Source: Octopus sinensis | Lineage: Eukaryota | DNA length: 64,000 nucleotides | Assembly: GCF_006345805.1 (NCBI RefSeq) | Contig: NC_042997.1 | Span: forward strand, 62,062,001 to 62,126,000 | Direction of reading: 5' to 3' | Shown: piece by piece, positions 50,022 to 63,550 of the stretch | How positions within the stretch are numbered: the stretch's first letter is position 1 | Layout of the letters: each line of letters begins with the position of its first letter | The notes under the pieces: generated by a model | Seen by the model: the letters and a program-made list of their open reading frames with translations, nothing else | Databases searched by the model: none | What the model was told of the DNA's origin: nothing | Made by a program: the position numbers and the translations under genes

Positions 50022-50132
50022 TATATCGCTGGCGAGGAGATAAATCCCCGCTGCCTCCAACTCTGAGACTGGTTAATGATGGATGCTTGGCCGATAGAGG
50101 TAACAGCGATTCTTCTCTCCGCCAGCGATATA
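50022..50132. mobile_element. 111-bp MITE
   Basis: Perfect 13-bp TIR TATATCGCTGGCG / CGCCAGCGATATA with an imperfect inward extension. Confidence 0.7.
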
Positions 50133-50519
50133 TAGAATAACTGCCAGAACAGTGTCTGTTCTGTCGCGATTAGTCAGTAAGCTTGTTTAAAAATATTTAT
50201 TCGTGACAGAGACAATATTAATACCGAGAGGTAATATTTATCCCCACCTAAACTTAATCTGAAGTAAAAGCCCAAGTAATATTTTCTTCTCGACTGAGAC
50301 ATCAGTAAAATATTATATCTATGATTTTTTTGTTGGTTATAATTGCAACACAACATTCAAATTTTGTTCCTAAAGTAAAATCGAATAATGTTAATAATCA
50401 AATGAAAGAATGCTGATAGGTTAGTGGATGCAGTACAAAAAATCAGCCAATTCGTATCCATTCTATACTTTGCTTGTGGAAAAGATACTTAACTCTTACC
50501 ATTCAAGAGTACCAAGCTG

Positions 50520-50960
50520 TAGATAGGTACAATATACTGGCTTAATTCCCCCAGCAAGTTCGGGGGAGGGGCTAACTTGATTACATCGATCTCACTGTTT
50601 AACTGGTACCCCGAAATAGAAGGTCGGGGTGCAAAGTCAATTTCAGCAGAATTTGAACTCAGGATGTAAAAACGGATGAAATGCCGCAAAGCATTTTACC
50701 CGGCGTGCTAACGATTCTACTAGCTCGCTGGCGTCAGAGCTGTAATATTATTTAATATTAAGGCGGCGAGCTGGCAGAATTATTAACACGCAGGGCCAAA
50801 TGCTTAGCCGTTTTACGTCTGTCTGCACGTTCTGAGTTCAAATTCCGTTGAGGTCGACTTTGCCTTTCATCCCTTCGGGTTGATAAATTAAGTACCATTA
50901 GAGTACTGACTTAACCCCTGCCTCAAAATTTCCGGTTTTGTGCCTATAGTAGAAAGGATT
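50520..50960. mobile_element. Head-to-head pair of OR2-like SINEs (50520-50730 -, 50760-50960 +)
   Basis: Both carry the same head and core (gagttcaaattc.g..gaggt/a.tcgactttgc); about 30 nt apart in opposite orientation. Confidence 0.85.
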
Positions 50961-51910
50961 ATTTAATAATATTTCTAAATTAAAGTGTGTTTCTTGAGAC
51001 TGTTTTTTTAAAGATTGAGGTGCAGAACTTTGAAGACATCTTCCACCAAAGAAACTACAATAGCGATAATTCTCTAAATTCTATTCCCATGAATCGAAAG
51101 TGGCCCTAATAAGGTAATGATGAAATGTCCACTTGTACTCAGACTTTATTGTTTATGTTTCCTTTAAACAATAACGTCATCCATATTACGTTAAGTCTTG
51201 CCATCTCTAAATATTATATTACCTTTCCCGCTTTGTTACCCTGTCTTTTTCTAGATCTGTTTTCTAGACCGAAAACCCTCTTGAAACATGTTTAGATGCT
51301 AATTTTACATAATCAAGTAATGTTTAAAGTAAGACACAAAATAAGAAGTAACAATTCACAAAATATTGTTTAGATGTAAAGCTCATAACAGCACAAGAAC
51401 TAATTCCCGTGAATTACAATTTCCCTGCCTCATATATTAACAAGAATGGATTGTAAAGACGAATACTGGCTACACCCGACACAAATGTGAACCAAATTGG
51501 AGATATGTATGCCCAGAAAACAGAAAAAGAAATTGGTTAGCAATGTATTCCCAGCAACATGAAAAATGAGTGAAAAAACTATACCAGAGCACTGTTAGGA
51601 TACACGTTGACCTATTAACCGCTAAAGGTCAATAACGTACACATAAACACACGCACGCACACATACGCACTAACGCAAGTGGGTGTATGTGTGTGCGTGT
51701 GTGTGTGTATGAATACATACATGCATAAATGATAACTTGCACACACACACACAGAGTGTAATATCAATTATTTCCGTATTTGAAAGATTCGTCATTTTAT
51801 GCTCGTTTATATATATACACACACACACACATACTATGCATATGTAAGTGTGTATGTATATATATATACATATGTATATATGTATACATATACATACATA
51901 CATACATACA

Positions 51911-51944
<34 letters not shown>

Positions 51945-51963
51945 CATACATACATATATACAC

Positions 51964-52049
<86 letters not shown>

Positions 52050-52350
52050 GAAAGATGCATGCAGACAAACATGCAAGAATAAGACATCGCCAGCAACAGA
52101 CGCACAGGCGAAGAGGTCTATTCAAAATGTCTGAACATTTTCCTCTGCAATTACGCAGTTACAGCTATAACTGAAACGTAAAACTATTCATGATAGACTC
52201 ATTTATTTCTTGTTTAGAATTTCGCCTCCGGGAAAGGAGAGTCGGGAAAAGTTAGAATAAATATTAGACAAACATGTATACTGATACGTATACATATTGA
52301 TTGACATCAGTCATTGAACTCAGGATGTGCTTGTAAATCATCTTCTGGAC

Positions 52351-52466
52351 CGGGTGTTTTCAACTGGGTTCTATATGGACCATAGGGGTCTGTATAAAAT
52401 GTCCACAACTGATTCATAAAATCAGGGGTGGGAGCAGTCCATGGGGGAAATGGTTGAGAACCCCTG
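52351..52466. mobile_element. hAT (Charlie-like) MITE
   Basis: Ends cgggtgttttcaac / gttgagaacccctg; 8-bp flanks TTCTGGAC and CTCTAGAC resemble an NTCTAGAN-type TSD. Confidence 0.65.
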
Positions 52467-52719
52467 CTCTAGACTGTACTTTGTTACATTGACCTGACTA
52501 GACAGTGACTTATACTTGAATGATCTCAGATGAAGTTGAAAGGCATTACAGTCGTGGACGAGATATGAACTCATAACGATAAGAAACAACCAAATAACTC
52601 GATGTTTTGTCTATCACCAGATCCTGTAATCCAATTGCCTAGTGTTTGCTGCTTGTCATATATAAGGGGTATTTTATATCTTTCTCAGCCTGTAATGGTG
52701 TGCCAGTTTTATATGGATG

Positions 52720-52758
<39 letters not shown>

Positions 52759-52774
52759 TTCAGCCTCTAGGTTG

Positions 52775-55700
52775 TAAAGTTGCGAATTACCTACCCACAC
52801 CCACCCGGGTGACCAAACTGGCAGTTTTTGCCGTCTTCCCCATACCATATATAAAGATAATGTTGGCACGGAGAAGACGGCAAAAACTGTCGGTTTGCTC
52901 ACCCGAGACCCTACCACATCTACAGGTACCTTAAGGAGAAAAACTTGCCTGAGAAAAGACAACAATCGTCCCCAAGAAAAAATATAGACAAGAAGTGCGC
53001 TGTTCAGAGGTTATGCGCAAGGCAGCAGCTGAGCAAGAATCTTTTTTGTGCATGGCGCAAAAGATTGTGCAACAGCTGACCTGGTTACACCAAGCGCAAA
53101 CGAGGAACATTGCCCACCACTGCGCAAGACCTCCATAGTCAACAGTCGTCCTGCGAATATTTTTATTAAATATTGGGTAACTGTTGCATCATAATAACAG
53201 CAAAATATTTTCCTGAGAGACCTTGTTGTATGCAATCAAGCCCTATGCATAGAACTCGTGGAAACTAACCCCAGCCCTGATACAGAAGACGCAGAAGTAC
53301 ATGTACCAAAGTATGACATACTGCGAACAGACAGAAGGGAAAGGAGCCACTGTGGAGTTGCTGTATACATCCATGATGACCTCACATCCCCAGGTCTTAC
53401 TATCATACTCAAATTCGGTATGTGACACTCTAATTGTATACACAAGACAACACAATATAGTTATATTCAATACATATTGCCCACCGGATGCTCCAAACCA
53501 CATAGGCAAGTTTGAAGATTGCCTCTCAAGAATTAAGGAAATCATTATGCAACTGGAACACTACGTGAGCATATTTCTTATGGCTGATTTCAACTTCCCT
53601 AACGTCAACTGGCCCGAAGGTCTCATGCTCTCAGTAATGACTCATTGCAAACAAGCACAGGTGGAGTCCTTACTCTACCTCACCAATGCCCTATTCACGG
53701 AGCTAGTTGTGCTCAGACCAACTAGGGCGAATAACATTTTAGATCTCTGCTTCACGAACAATATCGACATCGTTCATGATGTGAAAGTGACGCCGACATT
53801 AGTTTCCGATCACAACATAATAGAGCTGCCTATGTTTGGGCCGAAAGTAACCAGAGACATACATCCTAAAGGAAGCACCCTAAATCTCTCCGATCCGAAC
53901 TTAATCAAAGCATACTGGAAATCAATCCAAAAAGACAGGACTGGCCGAAATGTCTCTCCAGACCAGACATTGGCATGAAACTAGAATATTTCATGTCTGT
54001 TGTGCAAGCCACATGCCAAAAATATGTCCCAGAGCACAATGCCAAAACAAATAGGAACAAGATTCCAAGGGAGAGGAAGATCCTCATGAGACGACGGACG
54101 AAGGTTGCAAATAGCCTCAACCAACAACCAAAACGTAGCGAAAGTTCCCGTCTAAAAACAACATAGGTGGAGATTGAAAAAAGCCTGCGACAATCCTATG
54201 TGAGGGAGAGAGCAGACAAAGAAGCCAAGGTTATAAAAAAACATTAAGTCAAAGCCAAAGGTCTTCTTTCATTAATCGAAAGAAACAGCCTCAGTACACT
54301 GCAACTTAGGACCCCTCCTCCAAAAGGATGGCTCCCTCACAGACAGTCCAACCAGGATCAGTTAGGTACTGAATGACCAGTTCAAAAGTGTCTTTACCAC
54401 CCCGTTGGAACACAGACAAGTGAACGAACCAGTGAACTTCTTTGTCGCTTCACTTATAACCAGCGAGGTAGTTACGATGGATTACATCGACATTAACGAA
54501 GATATACAACTAGCCATAGATGAGGTGGATGCAAACTCAACTGCTGGTCCTAATGGTTTACCAGCAATCCTCCTGAAATCGTGAAAGCATGCCCTGGAAA
54601 AACCCCTCCAGATTCTCTTCCAGAGCTTTCTTGAAAATGGCAGACTGCTAAGCAAGCTGAAGGATGGAATAATATGCCCAATCCATAAAGAAAGAAGCAC
54701 AGCAGATGCCAAAAAACCATAGGCCTATCTCTCTGACTTCACACATCAGCAAAGTCGTGGAACAGATAGTCAGAAAGAAACTAATCGCTTTCTTTGAGGA
54801 AAATAACTTGCTGACTGATACCCAGCATGGCTTTAGACCAGGTAGGAGCTCCTGACCAGCTCTTACAACATTATGACTGGCTGTTGAGGCAGTTACTCAA
54901 CAACTCAAATGTGGACGTAATTTTCCTCAATTTTGCAAAAGCTTTTGACAAAGTGGATCATGGTATATGCCACAAACTGCATGATCTCGGCATAGCTGGA
55001 AAACTTGGAGAGAGGTTACACAACTTTCTGAAAGATAGACGCCAGGCAGTAGCGGCCAATGGAGCCATCACAATGAAAACACAAATAGTGAGCGGTGTTC
55101 CACAGGGCACTGTCTTAGGAACACTGCTTTTCATAGTGGTCCACTCAGATATGCCCTCAACTGCCCGGATATCCACCCTTGCTTGCAACGCAGACGATAC
55201 GAAAGTCTCGCAGAAAATACAGAACCCCAGCGATATTGCACATCTGCAGCAGGAGTTGGACTCAATTTATAGATGGGTTGAGGATAATAATATGCAGTTC
55301 AATGCTGAAAAATTCCAAGCCCTGTGGTACCAGCGTCCAAAACGGAATATGAACTTTACAGAGTACACTGGTCCACAGGGAATTACAATCCCAGAGCCTA
55401 AATCAGTGAGTGACCTGGGTATCGACATGAGTGATGATACCTCTTTCCAAGTGCACATTACCAGGATGGCGATAAAGTGCAGGCGACTGGCTGGCTAGAT
55501 CCTGAGAATATTCAGAACTAGAGATAAGGAAACCATGATGGTCCTCTGGAAGACTTTCGTACTCAGTCGCCTGGATTATCGCTCCCAGCTATAGTCACCC
55601 ACCAGTGTAAAATTAACAGCGGACCATGAAGCAATCCAGCGAAGCTTCACAAAGAAGATCGTCTCTTTGCAACAGCTCACCTACTAGGAAAAGCTGAAAC

Positions 55701-56160
55701 AGTTAACACTCTACTCCCTGGAGCGAAGGCGGGAGAGGTATGCAGTAATATACATCTGGAAGATCTTAGAAGGAACTGTGCCAAATTTTGGCATTGAAAG
55801 CTACACCAATGCTAGAACGGATCGACACTGCACAATGCCAAAGATCCCAGCAATGCCATCGCGCTTCAGGACCAGTTACTGCAACAGCTTGGGTTTCAGC
55901 GGCCCACAGCTTTTTAATATTCTCCCAAAGAGCCTGGGGGACCTGCCCAAAGTAGATATAAGTGTTTTTAAATGAAGGCTGGACCTCTTCCTGTCGAGAG
56001 TCCCAGCCGAACCTACCTCGCGGCAAGCGGTGCAAATGAGGGTAGCTACATCAAACTCCATTCTTCACCAAGTGCCACGTATTAGAGGAGGATCTCAGCA
56101 ATAGCAGTATAGCAAAACGGCGGTACTCCAGCATGGCCATAGCTCTGAGCTGAAACTACA
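52775..56160 (+). mobile_element. Near-full-length, older CR1-group LINE copy
   Basis: Colinear with 39997-43400 in opposite orientation (ORFs 53301-53978, 53975-54166, 54827-55498, 55778-55975); many stops and frameshifts; same tail; TA arrays at both ends. Confidence 0.95.
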
Positions 56161-56359
56161 AATATATATATAGATATACAGAAATATATATATATATACA
56201 TACACACACACATATATATACATATAGATATATACTGTATATGTATAAAGATATATATATATATATGTGTGTGTGTATAAATATATATACATATATATAT
56301 ATATGTATGTATATATATATATATATATATATATAAATATATATATATATATGTATGTG

Positions 56360-56400
<41 letters not shown>

Positions 56401-57008
56401 GGAGGGAGAGAGAGAGAGGGGGAGAGTGAGAGAGGGAGAGAGAGGGAGAGAATTTGGAATTAAAGTTAGGGAATTTGGGTAGTTTTAGCCAATCAATAAA
56501 TAGTGTGGCATTAGCAGCGTTTTACCATGACAACCGCACGCTGTGTTGTTATTCACTCTTGTCTATGTCACTATTCAGTATGTCGATTGTTTACACTCAT
56601 TATGTTAACATATTTTTCATTTTATATATTTTGGGGTCTCATTGATTCAGATAGATGGATTTATGATTTCTCTAGTTTAATTCTATTCCTAAAAATTTAA
56701 ATTAGGTGTATTTCTTAATCAGTTAGCTTCACATTTCAACAGCTTAACTGAAATTTAGCACACGTAACAGGAACTGAGAGGGATATCGTGGAACAGAGAA
56801 ACTGTGAGTGATGCAGATAATTTGACATTATTTTTGAATTCTGCATGCAAAAACATATAGTATACAGGTATTCTTTTCCTTGAGACAAATTCTTTGTTGA
56901 ACAGTGTTATTCTTATCGTAGTTTACAAAGCCAAGGATGAAAACGTTACTCAACTTTGGAGTTTGGGAGACAGACGCCCTTTTTTCACACACACACACGC
57001 ATACACAC

Positions 57009-57056
<48 letters not shown>

Positions 57057-57663
57057 ATATATTAATGATGTACATAAATACATGGCAGGTATACATAATA
57101 CTGAAGTACGCATAAAATAAACATATGCAGACAAATATGCTAATATTACAAATTTTAAAAAAATGATAAAAGCATACACTCAATGAAGAGACAAAAGAAG
57201 CAGTAAGATGGCACGTTGATTTTATTAGGTATTTCTGTTCATTTAGAAACCTACAAACTGGGTATTTCTATTTATTTTTAAACCTACAATGAGCACGTCA
57301 TACGCTAAATTATTAATTTCACAGGGTACAACCTTAAAGTTGACACCGCTCCGCTAAATGCAGAAAATTTCTGTCTCGCTGTTGGCTAAAAATACCCAAT
57401 ATTTTCGATTTCTAAGCCTCTGTAACTTTTACTCCTATTTTTTTCTCCACAACATCACACCTTCAAAACAATGAGACTGGAAGGCTACATTATTATAGCT
57501 GATTTTCAGATTTTTTACTTTCTTTTAAATAATGCATATTTTGCGAATGAAAAAAAATCCCAGTTGTGTCTAATATAGTCATAATATATATGTATATGTA
57601 GTGGATGTGTGTGTGCGTAAATAAATACATAAACTGTTTCATGATTAAGAAGGGATTTATTTA

Positions 57664-58953
57664 CGAGGGGCGTTCAATAAGTAATGCCTCTGACCCACTT
57701 GCAGTTGTTTGATTTAGCTGAAAATTTACATGTGCAATTATTTATATCTATAGATTAGGTGGCAAATTACAGCTCTGAACTAATTGTGGTTTTTGATATA
57801 CAGGTGTTTGAACTGAGTCAAGTGTAAAATGGAGCCTGTTGAGTGTCGAGCAGTGATCCGGTTTTTGTATTTGAAAGGACGCACACCACGGGAGACTTTT
57901 GATGAAATGAAAGTAACTTATGGTGATGACGCCCCATCATATGACCTTGTAAAACGCTGGCATCGTGAATTCAAACATGGTTGGAACTCTGTGGAAACAG
58001 CTCCCAGATCTGGTTGCCCCCCTTCTGCCATTGATGAGGCATCTGTCCGTCAAATTGAGGCTGTCATTTTGGAAGATCGACGCATAACTATTCGCCAAAT
58101 AGCCCATGAGGTCAAGTTTAGTACCGGGTCTGTGGAAACTATCATTCATGACCATTTGCATATGCAAAAGGTGTCTGTCAGATGGATTCCCAGGTTGCTC
58201 ACACCTTTCCAGAAGCAAGAATGCGTCGAGTGCTCGAGGATGAATTTGGAGATGTGCCAAGAAGATGAGTCAAAATTTTTCAAAAGACTGATTACACAGG
58301 ATGAAACCTGGGTCCATCACTATGATCCAGAGACCAAATCCCAGTCAATGCAGTGGAAGCACCGTGACTCACCTCCTCCAAAGAAGGCAAGGATGCAGCC
58401 CTCCGCTGGCAAGGTCATGCTCACAGTCTTCTGGGACCAGGACGGAGTAGTGATGACAGATTTCCTGGCAAAGGGTACCACAATTACAGGAGCCTATTAT
58501 GCTTCACTTTTGAGGATATTAAGAGAAGCTATCAAAATCAAGAGGCGGGGCAAGATCAGCAAAGGCATCCTCCTCCTGCAGGACAACGCTCTGGTCTACA
58601 ACTCGCGTGTCGCCAGATCAGAAGCACAGGCGTGTGGCTATTAACACCTCCCCCATCCCCCTACTCTCCTGACCCTGCACCTTCTGATTTTCACCTCTTC
58701 CCAGCCATGAAGTTGTTTTTGAAAGGAAAGCATTTCCCAGATGATGCAGCCTTGATTTCTGAAGTCACATCGTGGTTGGAGGACCAAGCTGAGGTCTTCT
58801 ACAATAACGGTCTCCAGAGTTGCATCAAACGATGGGAGAAATGTGTAACTCTGAGTGGTTCCTATGTAGAAAAAGACTAATAACTGTGCCAAGTTTCGTT
58901 GCTCTACTGCTATGGGAAGTGGGTCAGGGGCATTACTTATTGAACGCCCCTCG
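57664..58953 (+). mobile_element. Full-length mariner element (1290 bp)
   Basis: 37-bp TIR CGAGGGGCGTTCAATAAGTAATGCC(T/C)CTGACCCACTT with one mismatch; TA TSD at 57662-57663 and 58954-58955. Confidence 0.97.
57829..58880 (+). pseudogene. Mariner D,D(34)D transposase pseudogene
   Basis: RWIPRLL, ITQDETWVHHY, LQDNA, YSPDPAPSDFHLF; TAA at 58642-58644 plus a 1-nt deletion in the following C-run. Confidence 0.93.
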
Positions 58954-60059
58954 TACATGGGTTATAAGTTCACTACATAAAAATGTAAGCAAATGCTACG
59001 CATTGCTTGTACAGAACACATATTAAAGATGAATATGTTTGTGTGTGTGTGGGTATGTGCGTGAATCATTCAGAATAGTAACCTGTAGGCATTTCTCTAG
59101 TCGTCTCCAAAATGCGGGGTGTCTGCTGCTGTGTCAGCTCCGATTGTGTGTCTCTCTGTTTTTCCCTTTGTATTTATAATATCTCAAACAGCTAGAAAGA
59201 TAGACATACTGCAACAGAGTTACTACTTAAGTAGGTCATCGTTTGTCCAGTTGAACTTCGCCTGACATGGCTCAGGTCGTAGGTCAAAGGGAGATGATCA
59301 ATCACTTTTTGACAGAACAAAGGGATTCTTAAATTTCGCGCCTATACATGCATTGGTATTTGACGACCGATGATTCTTGGATTCGATTTCGAATCCAAGC
59401 TTAGAGAATGAAGTGCTAACTCCTACATATACACCGATATTAAAATTTCGAAAGGTACCCTAGAGGCTATTGATTATCATCTAGTATACCTGTGGGAATT
59501 GATGTAATTGCAAACGATACTCATGTTTCTTTTTTTCCCCCTCAGCATCTTTCAGAAAATATTAACTTTAACCACAACAAAGTTCTAAAAATGATCAAGG
59601 ATTCACCTGTGCGATAAGAATCAATTTTTGTTTATTATAACAGTATCTTTGATTCTATCATGATATCACCCACTATGTCCTGATTAGCCAAACTTCTTAC
59701 TCTTTCTTTTTAGATATAACTCACCATTTCTTTTGTCTCAGCAGCACTATTTTCAACTTCACTCATAAAATGCTATAATCGCTTCAATAGACTTTACTAC
59801 TCTTTCTCATTATTCATTAGAACGATTTGTTCCAATTACTTTGAATTACTTGTATTGTTTTCATTATCTCTCACTCTTCACTCGTGACATTTAGCTCAAA
59901 TTGTCTTTTCCTCTTCCTCGATGTCTTCAACGGACAGAATGTCTTTTGGCTTTCGCACACCTCTCTCACTTATACACTAGGGAAGGCTGAAACAGTTGGT
60001 ATTTTGAACAGCTTGGACTAACTGTTAATGTCCTTTCTCTTATAGACACAAATCCTGGA

Positions 60060-60170
60060 ATTTTGTGGGAGGGAACTTGTCGGTTACATCGACCTCAGTT
60101 CTCAATTGGTACTTATTTCATCGACCCTGAAGGGATGAACGACAAAGTTGACCACGGCGGAATTTAAAAA
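60060..60170 (-). mobile_element. OR2-like SINE fragment
   Basis: tcgaccctgaagggatgaacgacaaagttgaccacggcggaattt core. Confidence 0.7.
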
Positions 60171-62399
60171 GGAATAACTTAATATAACCCATTCGTACAA
60201 AAACAAAAACAAAAAAACGTGATTCCTCAATGTCTACTAACTTCTTTTATATAAACATAAGCTTTATCTAGTTATTATTTTTTCGTCTTTTTCTCATCTT
60301 TTTCTCTGGTACTTTTCGCCAACTAACTCATTAGTGTTCTCCAAATATATACTGACTAGTTTCAATAGAAAATGTACTTCATCCGATTATTCAAACCATT
60401 TATGAAATGACATATGATCTTTGGTATATCTTCATGTCCCTTACAAAATCAAAGCTTCTCTAGTTATGCAAATGAGGAATGCTGCATTCAGTTCTTGGAT
60501 AGAATTACTTAGAACAGACAGAGGTGGGGGAGTCAAATCACTACCACAATGCCTACAAGATCGATATCAGCAGAATTATAGATGCTTTAAAGTTTTACAT
60601 AGAGATAAAACTGTGTCTTTCACCTCAGAAACTTCAGTTGGATCTTTTAGCTTGTCAAGGAGTTTTGTAGCAATTTTGCAGAATCCTGCTATGCCATACT
60701 CTTCAACTAATGTTGTTTAGATTAATATTTAAGCTATGAACAGCTGGTAGTTTTCTATAAAGTTCAAATATAACTTCCTCTCCATTGGAATACTGTTCAC
60801 ATGTCTAGGACGGTGTACGCGCACAAATATCATTAACTACTTTAAAAAATAGAAGAAAAAAATGAAAGAAAAATAATACATTTGGTTTGCTTCCCAACAT
60901 GCTACTAACTTTAACTCGTAGAAACACTATTCAATTTGTGTATTTTTCTATCGTTACTGCAAACAACCTCTGTCTCTTTATGCAAGCTTGCGTACGTAGA
61001 TCACGTGATGGTCACACTTTTCTTCTTTTGGTTTTCTCTTCTGACTCAATCCCAGGTATTGCACGAAGGCACTTTTCCAGCTTTTATTTCCCATTGCTAT
61101 TGGATCTCTCTTCCGACAGTTTTCCCTACAGACCTCAATTCACAGAAATTCAAGTAAAACATAAATCACATCGATCTTACCAGTCTGACAGGGCCTCTAA
61201 AGTTCATGGTGGTTGCCCTTTCTCTTGGTTGTCAGAAATAGGAAACTATTTACATAGAAAGTGTTTGTAATCGCTTGATTCTGTATTCATGTATGTAGGA
61301 GTATAGTTGAGATTATTGTATATATGAGCATATGTAGATGCGTGTGCTTCTCTCTAATCTACGTTGTGTGAATGTACAAATGTATTTATATAACAGTATG
61401 AATATATGTGTGTGTTTATGAGTGTGCACATCTGAGAAGTTAGGCTGGTGATATTAAATTTTTTAGTGTAGTTAACATTGCTGTATTTAAATCTGTGTAT
61501 TTTGTTTAGTCAACTTTGTGCGCTTTATTAATCCATTTATGTGAAACGAACACACACACATTCATATACATGTATTATGTACATACATAATCGTAGCTTG
61601 TACATACGCTCATACGCACGCTCTGAGTTCAAATTCTACCGAGTTTTCATCATTTCGCATCGACAAATGAAAGAAAAAGTCAAGTACCCAAGAAACAGAG
61701 AAATATATTTTCCCCTTTCAGTATTTCTGCTTCTTACTTTCTCAGAGACAATAATTGTTAAAAACATGGTATCACGTAAAATTTCTCGAAGGAGGTCAGT
61801 TAATTTCTCCTGGTAAATTTCGAAGGCTAGCGCATAATCGTTGTTAGAAAAAATGTCACCAAAAGGTGTTCATTCGTCAAACTCATGGCACTGGGAAAGA
61901 ATGAAAGAAAACCAAGTCAATATCTGTAAAATTCAGATACATATGAATTATCAATACGTAACTTCTTAAACTAAGTTCCTCCTGTTCAGTTGATCTGTAC
62001 ACTGGGTAGCATGATGTCTCCAATAATCCCAGTGGCAAGTGCTGAGCATAGCCTGCCTCCTCCCAGGATGATGCTGAGTTGCTTCAGATCTTCTCTGAAG
62101 GTGGCGCACCATGTCTTCCTGGGTTTACCTCTCTTTCTTCGTCCCTCTGATGGTACCCATTGTATAGCTGTTTTGGGTATTTGTTCTTATGGCAATCAGA
62201 AAACATGACCTACAAGTCTCACTCTTCTTTCCATCACAATCTCCAGTAGACTGCAAAGATTGGCTCTTCTCAGAATTCAGAATTCATGATTCTTTCCTTG
62301 TTGGTGATTTTGATTTAACAAATGAATATAAATCTTTTAAAAAAAACAAAACAAGAAACAAAGCAAAACAGAAGAAAAAACAAAAACAGATATAAACTT

Positions 62400-62570
62400 T
62401 GAAGATTTTAGTCGAACAAATCAATCCAAGTGGTTACTTTTAAGTCTGGTACATATTCTGATGGCTATTTTTGCCCAACCGTTAAGTTATGGGGACGTAA
62501 ACAAACTAATACCAGTTATCTGTGGATGGAGGGGAAACAAACAAACACGCAAAAATACGCACGCACACAG

Positions 62571-62641
<71 letters not shown>

Positions 62642-62815
62642 TACACACATACGACAGGCTTTCACTCAGTGTTTCTGACGACCAAATTCACTCTAAAGGT
62701 GAGTAGGCCTAGAGTTATAGCAGAAGGCACGTACCGAAGGTGCCGAACAGTGGGACTGAACCCTCCAAAACGTGGTTGCAAAGCCAATTTCTTAACCAAA
62801 CAGTTATGCCCGTGC
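62400..62815 (-). mobile_element. SINE family A copy
   Basis: Head ggttcagtcccactgttcggcaccttcgg, long internal (TG)n, partial 3' part. Confidence 0.8.
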
Positions 62816-63063
62816 TTATGTGTGTACAACTTTTGGGAAGACCCTGTATATTAGGTAGGAGTGTATTCTCTGTTCTTTTATTCGTTTCACCCGAAGGTTG
62901 TGACCACGCTGGGGTACCTACCACCACTGCTTAAACCGGAATGTATACTTGAAAATTATCATCCTAGTTTGTTCTACCTTATGAATCTTCTAGTTCATTG
63001 TGAATATAAATTGTATACTTAGTGTAACACACAAACACATACATGCACACACACACATACACA

Positions 63064-63108
<45 letters not shown>

Positions 63109-63334
63109 ATACACACACACATCTCCAACTCTGGTCACTTCTGCTATGTAACCTGACACTTGCTTTTCTTGGACTATTCTTTACCTTCTCTCTGACGAAA
63201 TGTCACCCCCACCTTTTTTGTCCATCTTAAACTGAGCGTCGACCTAATACATTCACTGCGCACGTCCTTTTGATTTTTGTTGTTTTTATTTTTTTCATTT
63301 GCCTTATAGATGATATACGCACACACGCGCATAC

Positions 63335-63374
<40 letters not shown>

Positions 63375-63509
63375 TTATATACGTGTGTGTATAATATATA
63401 TATATAATATATATATGTATGTGTGCGTGTATATAATATATATATGTATGTGTGTGGGTGTATATATATATATATATATATGATATATATATATATTATA
63501 TATATATAT

Positions 63510-63544
<35 letters not shown>

Positions 63545-63550
<6 letters not shown>

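Noticed and set aside
51014-51113. Exon-like segment IEVQNFEDIFHQRNYNSDNSLNSIPMNRKWP** on +, with weaker candidates at 6964-7030, 49700-49790 and 52218-52250
   Set aside because: Splice-like ends but no consistent phase partners or recognisable homology; indistinguishable from chance in AT-rich DNA without expression data.
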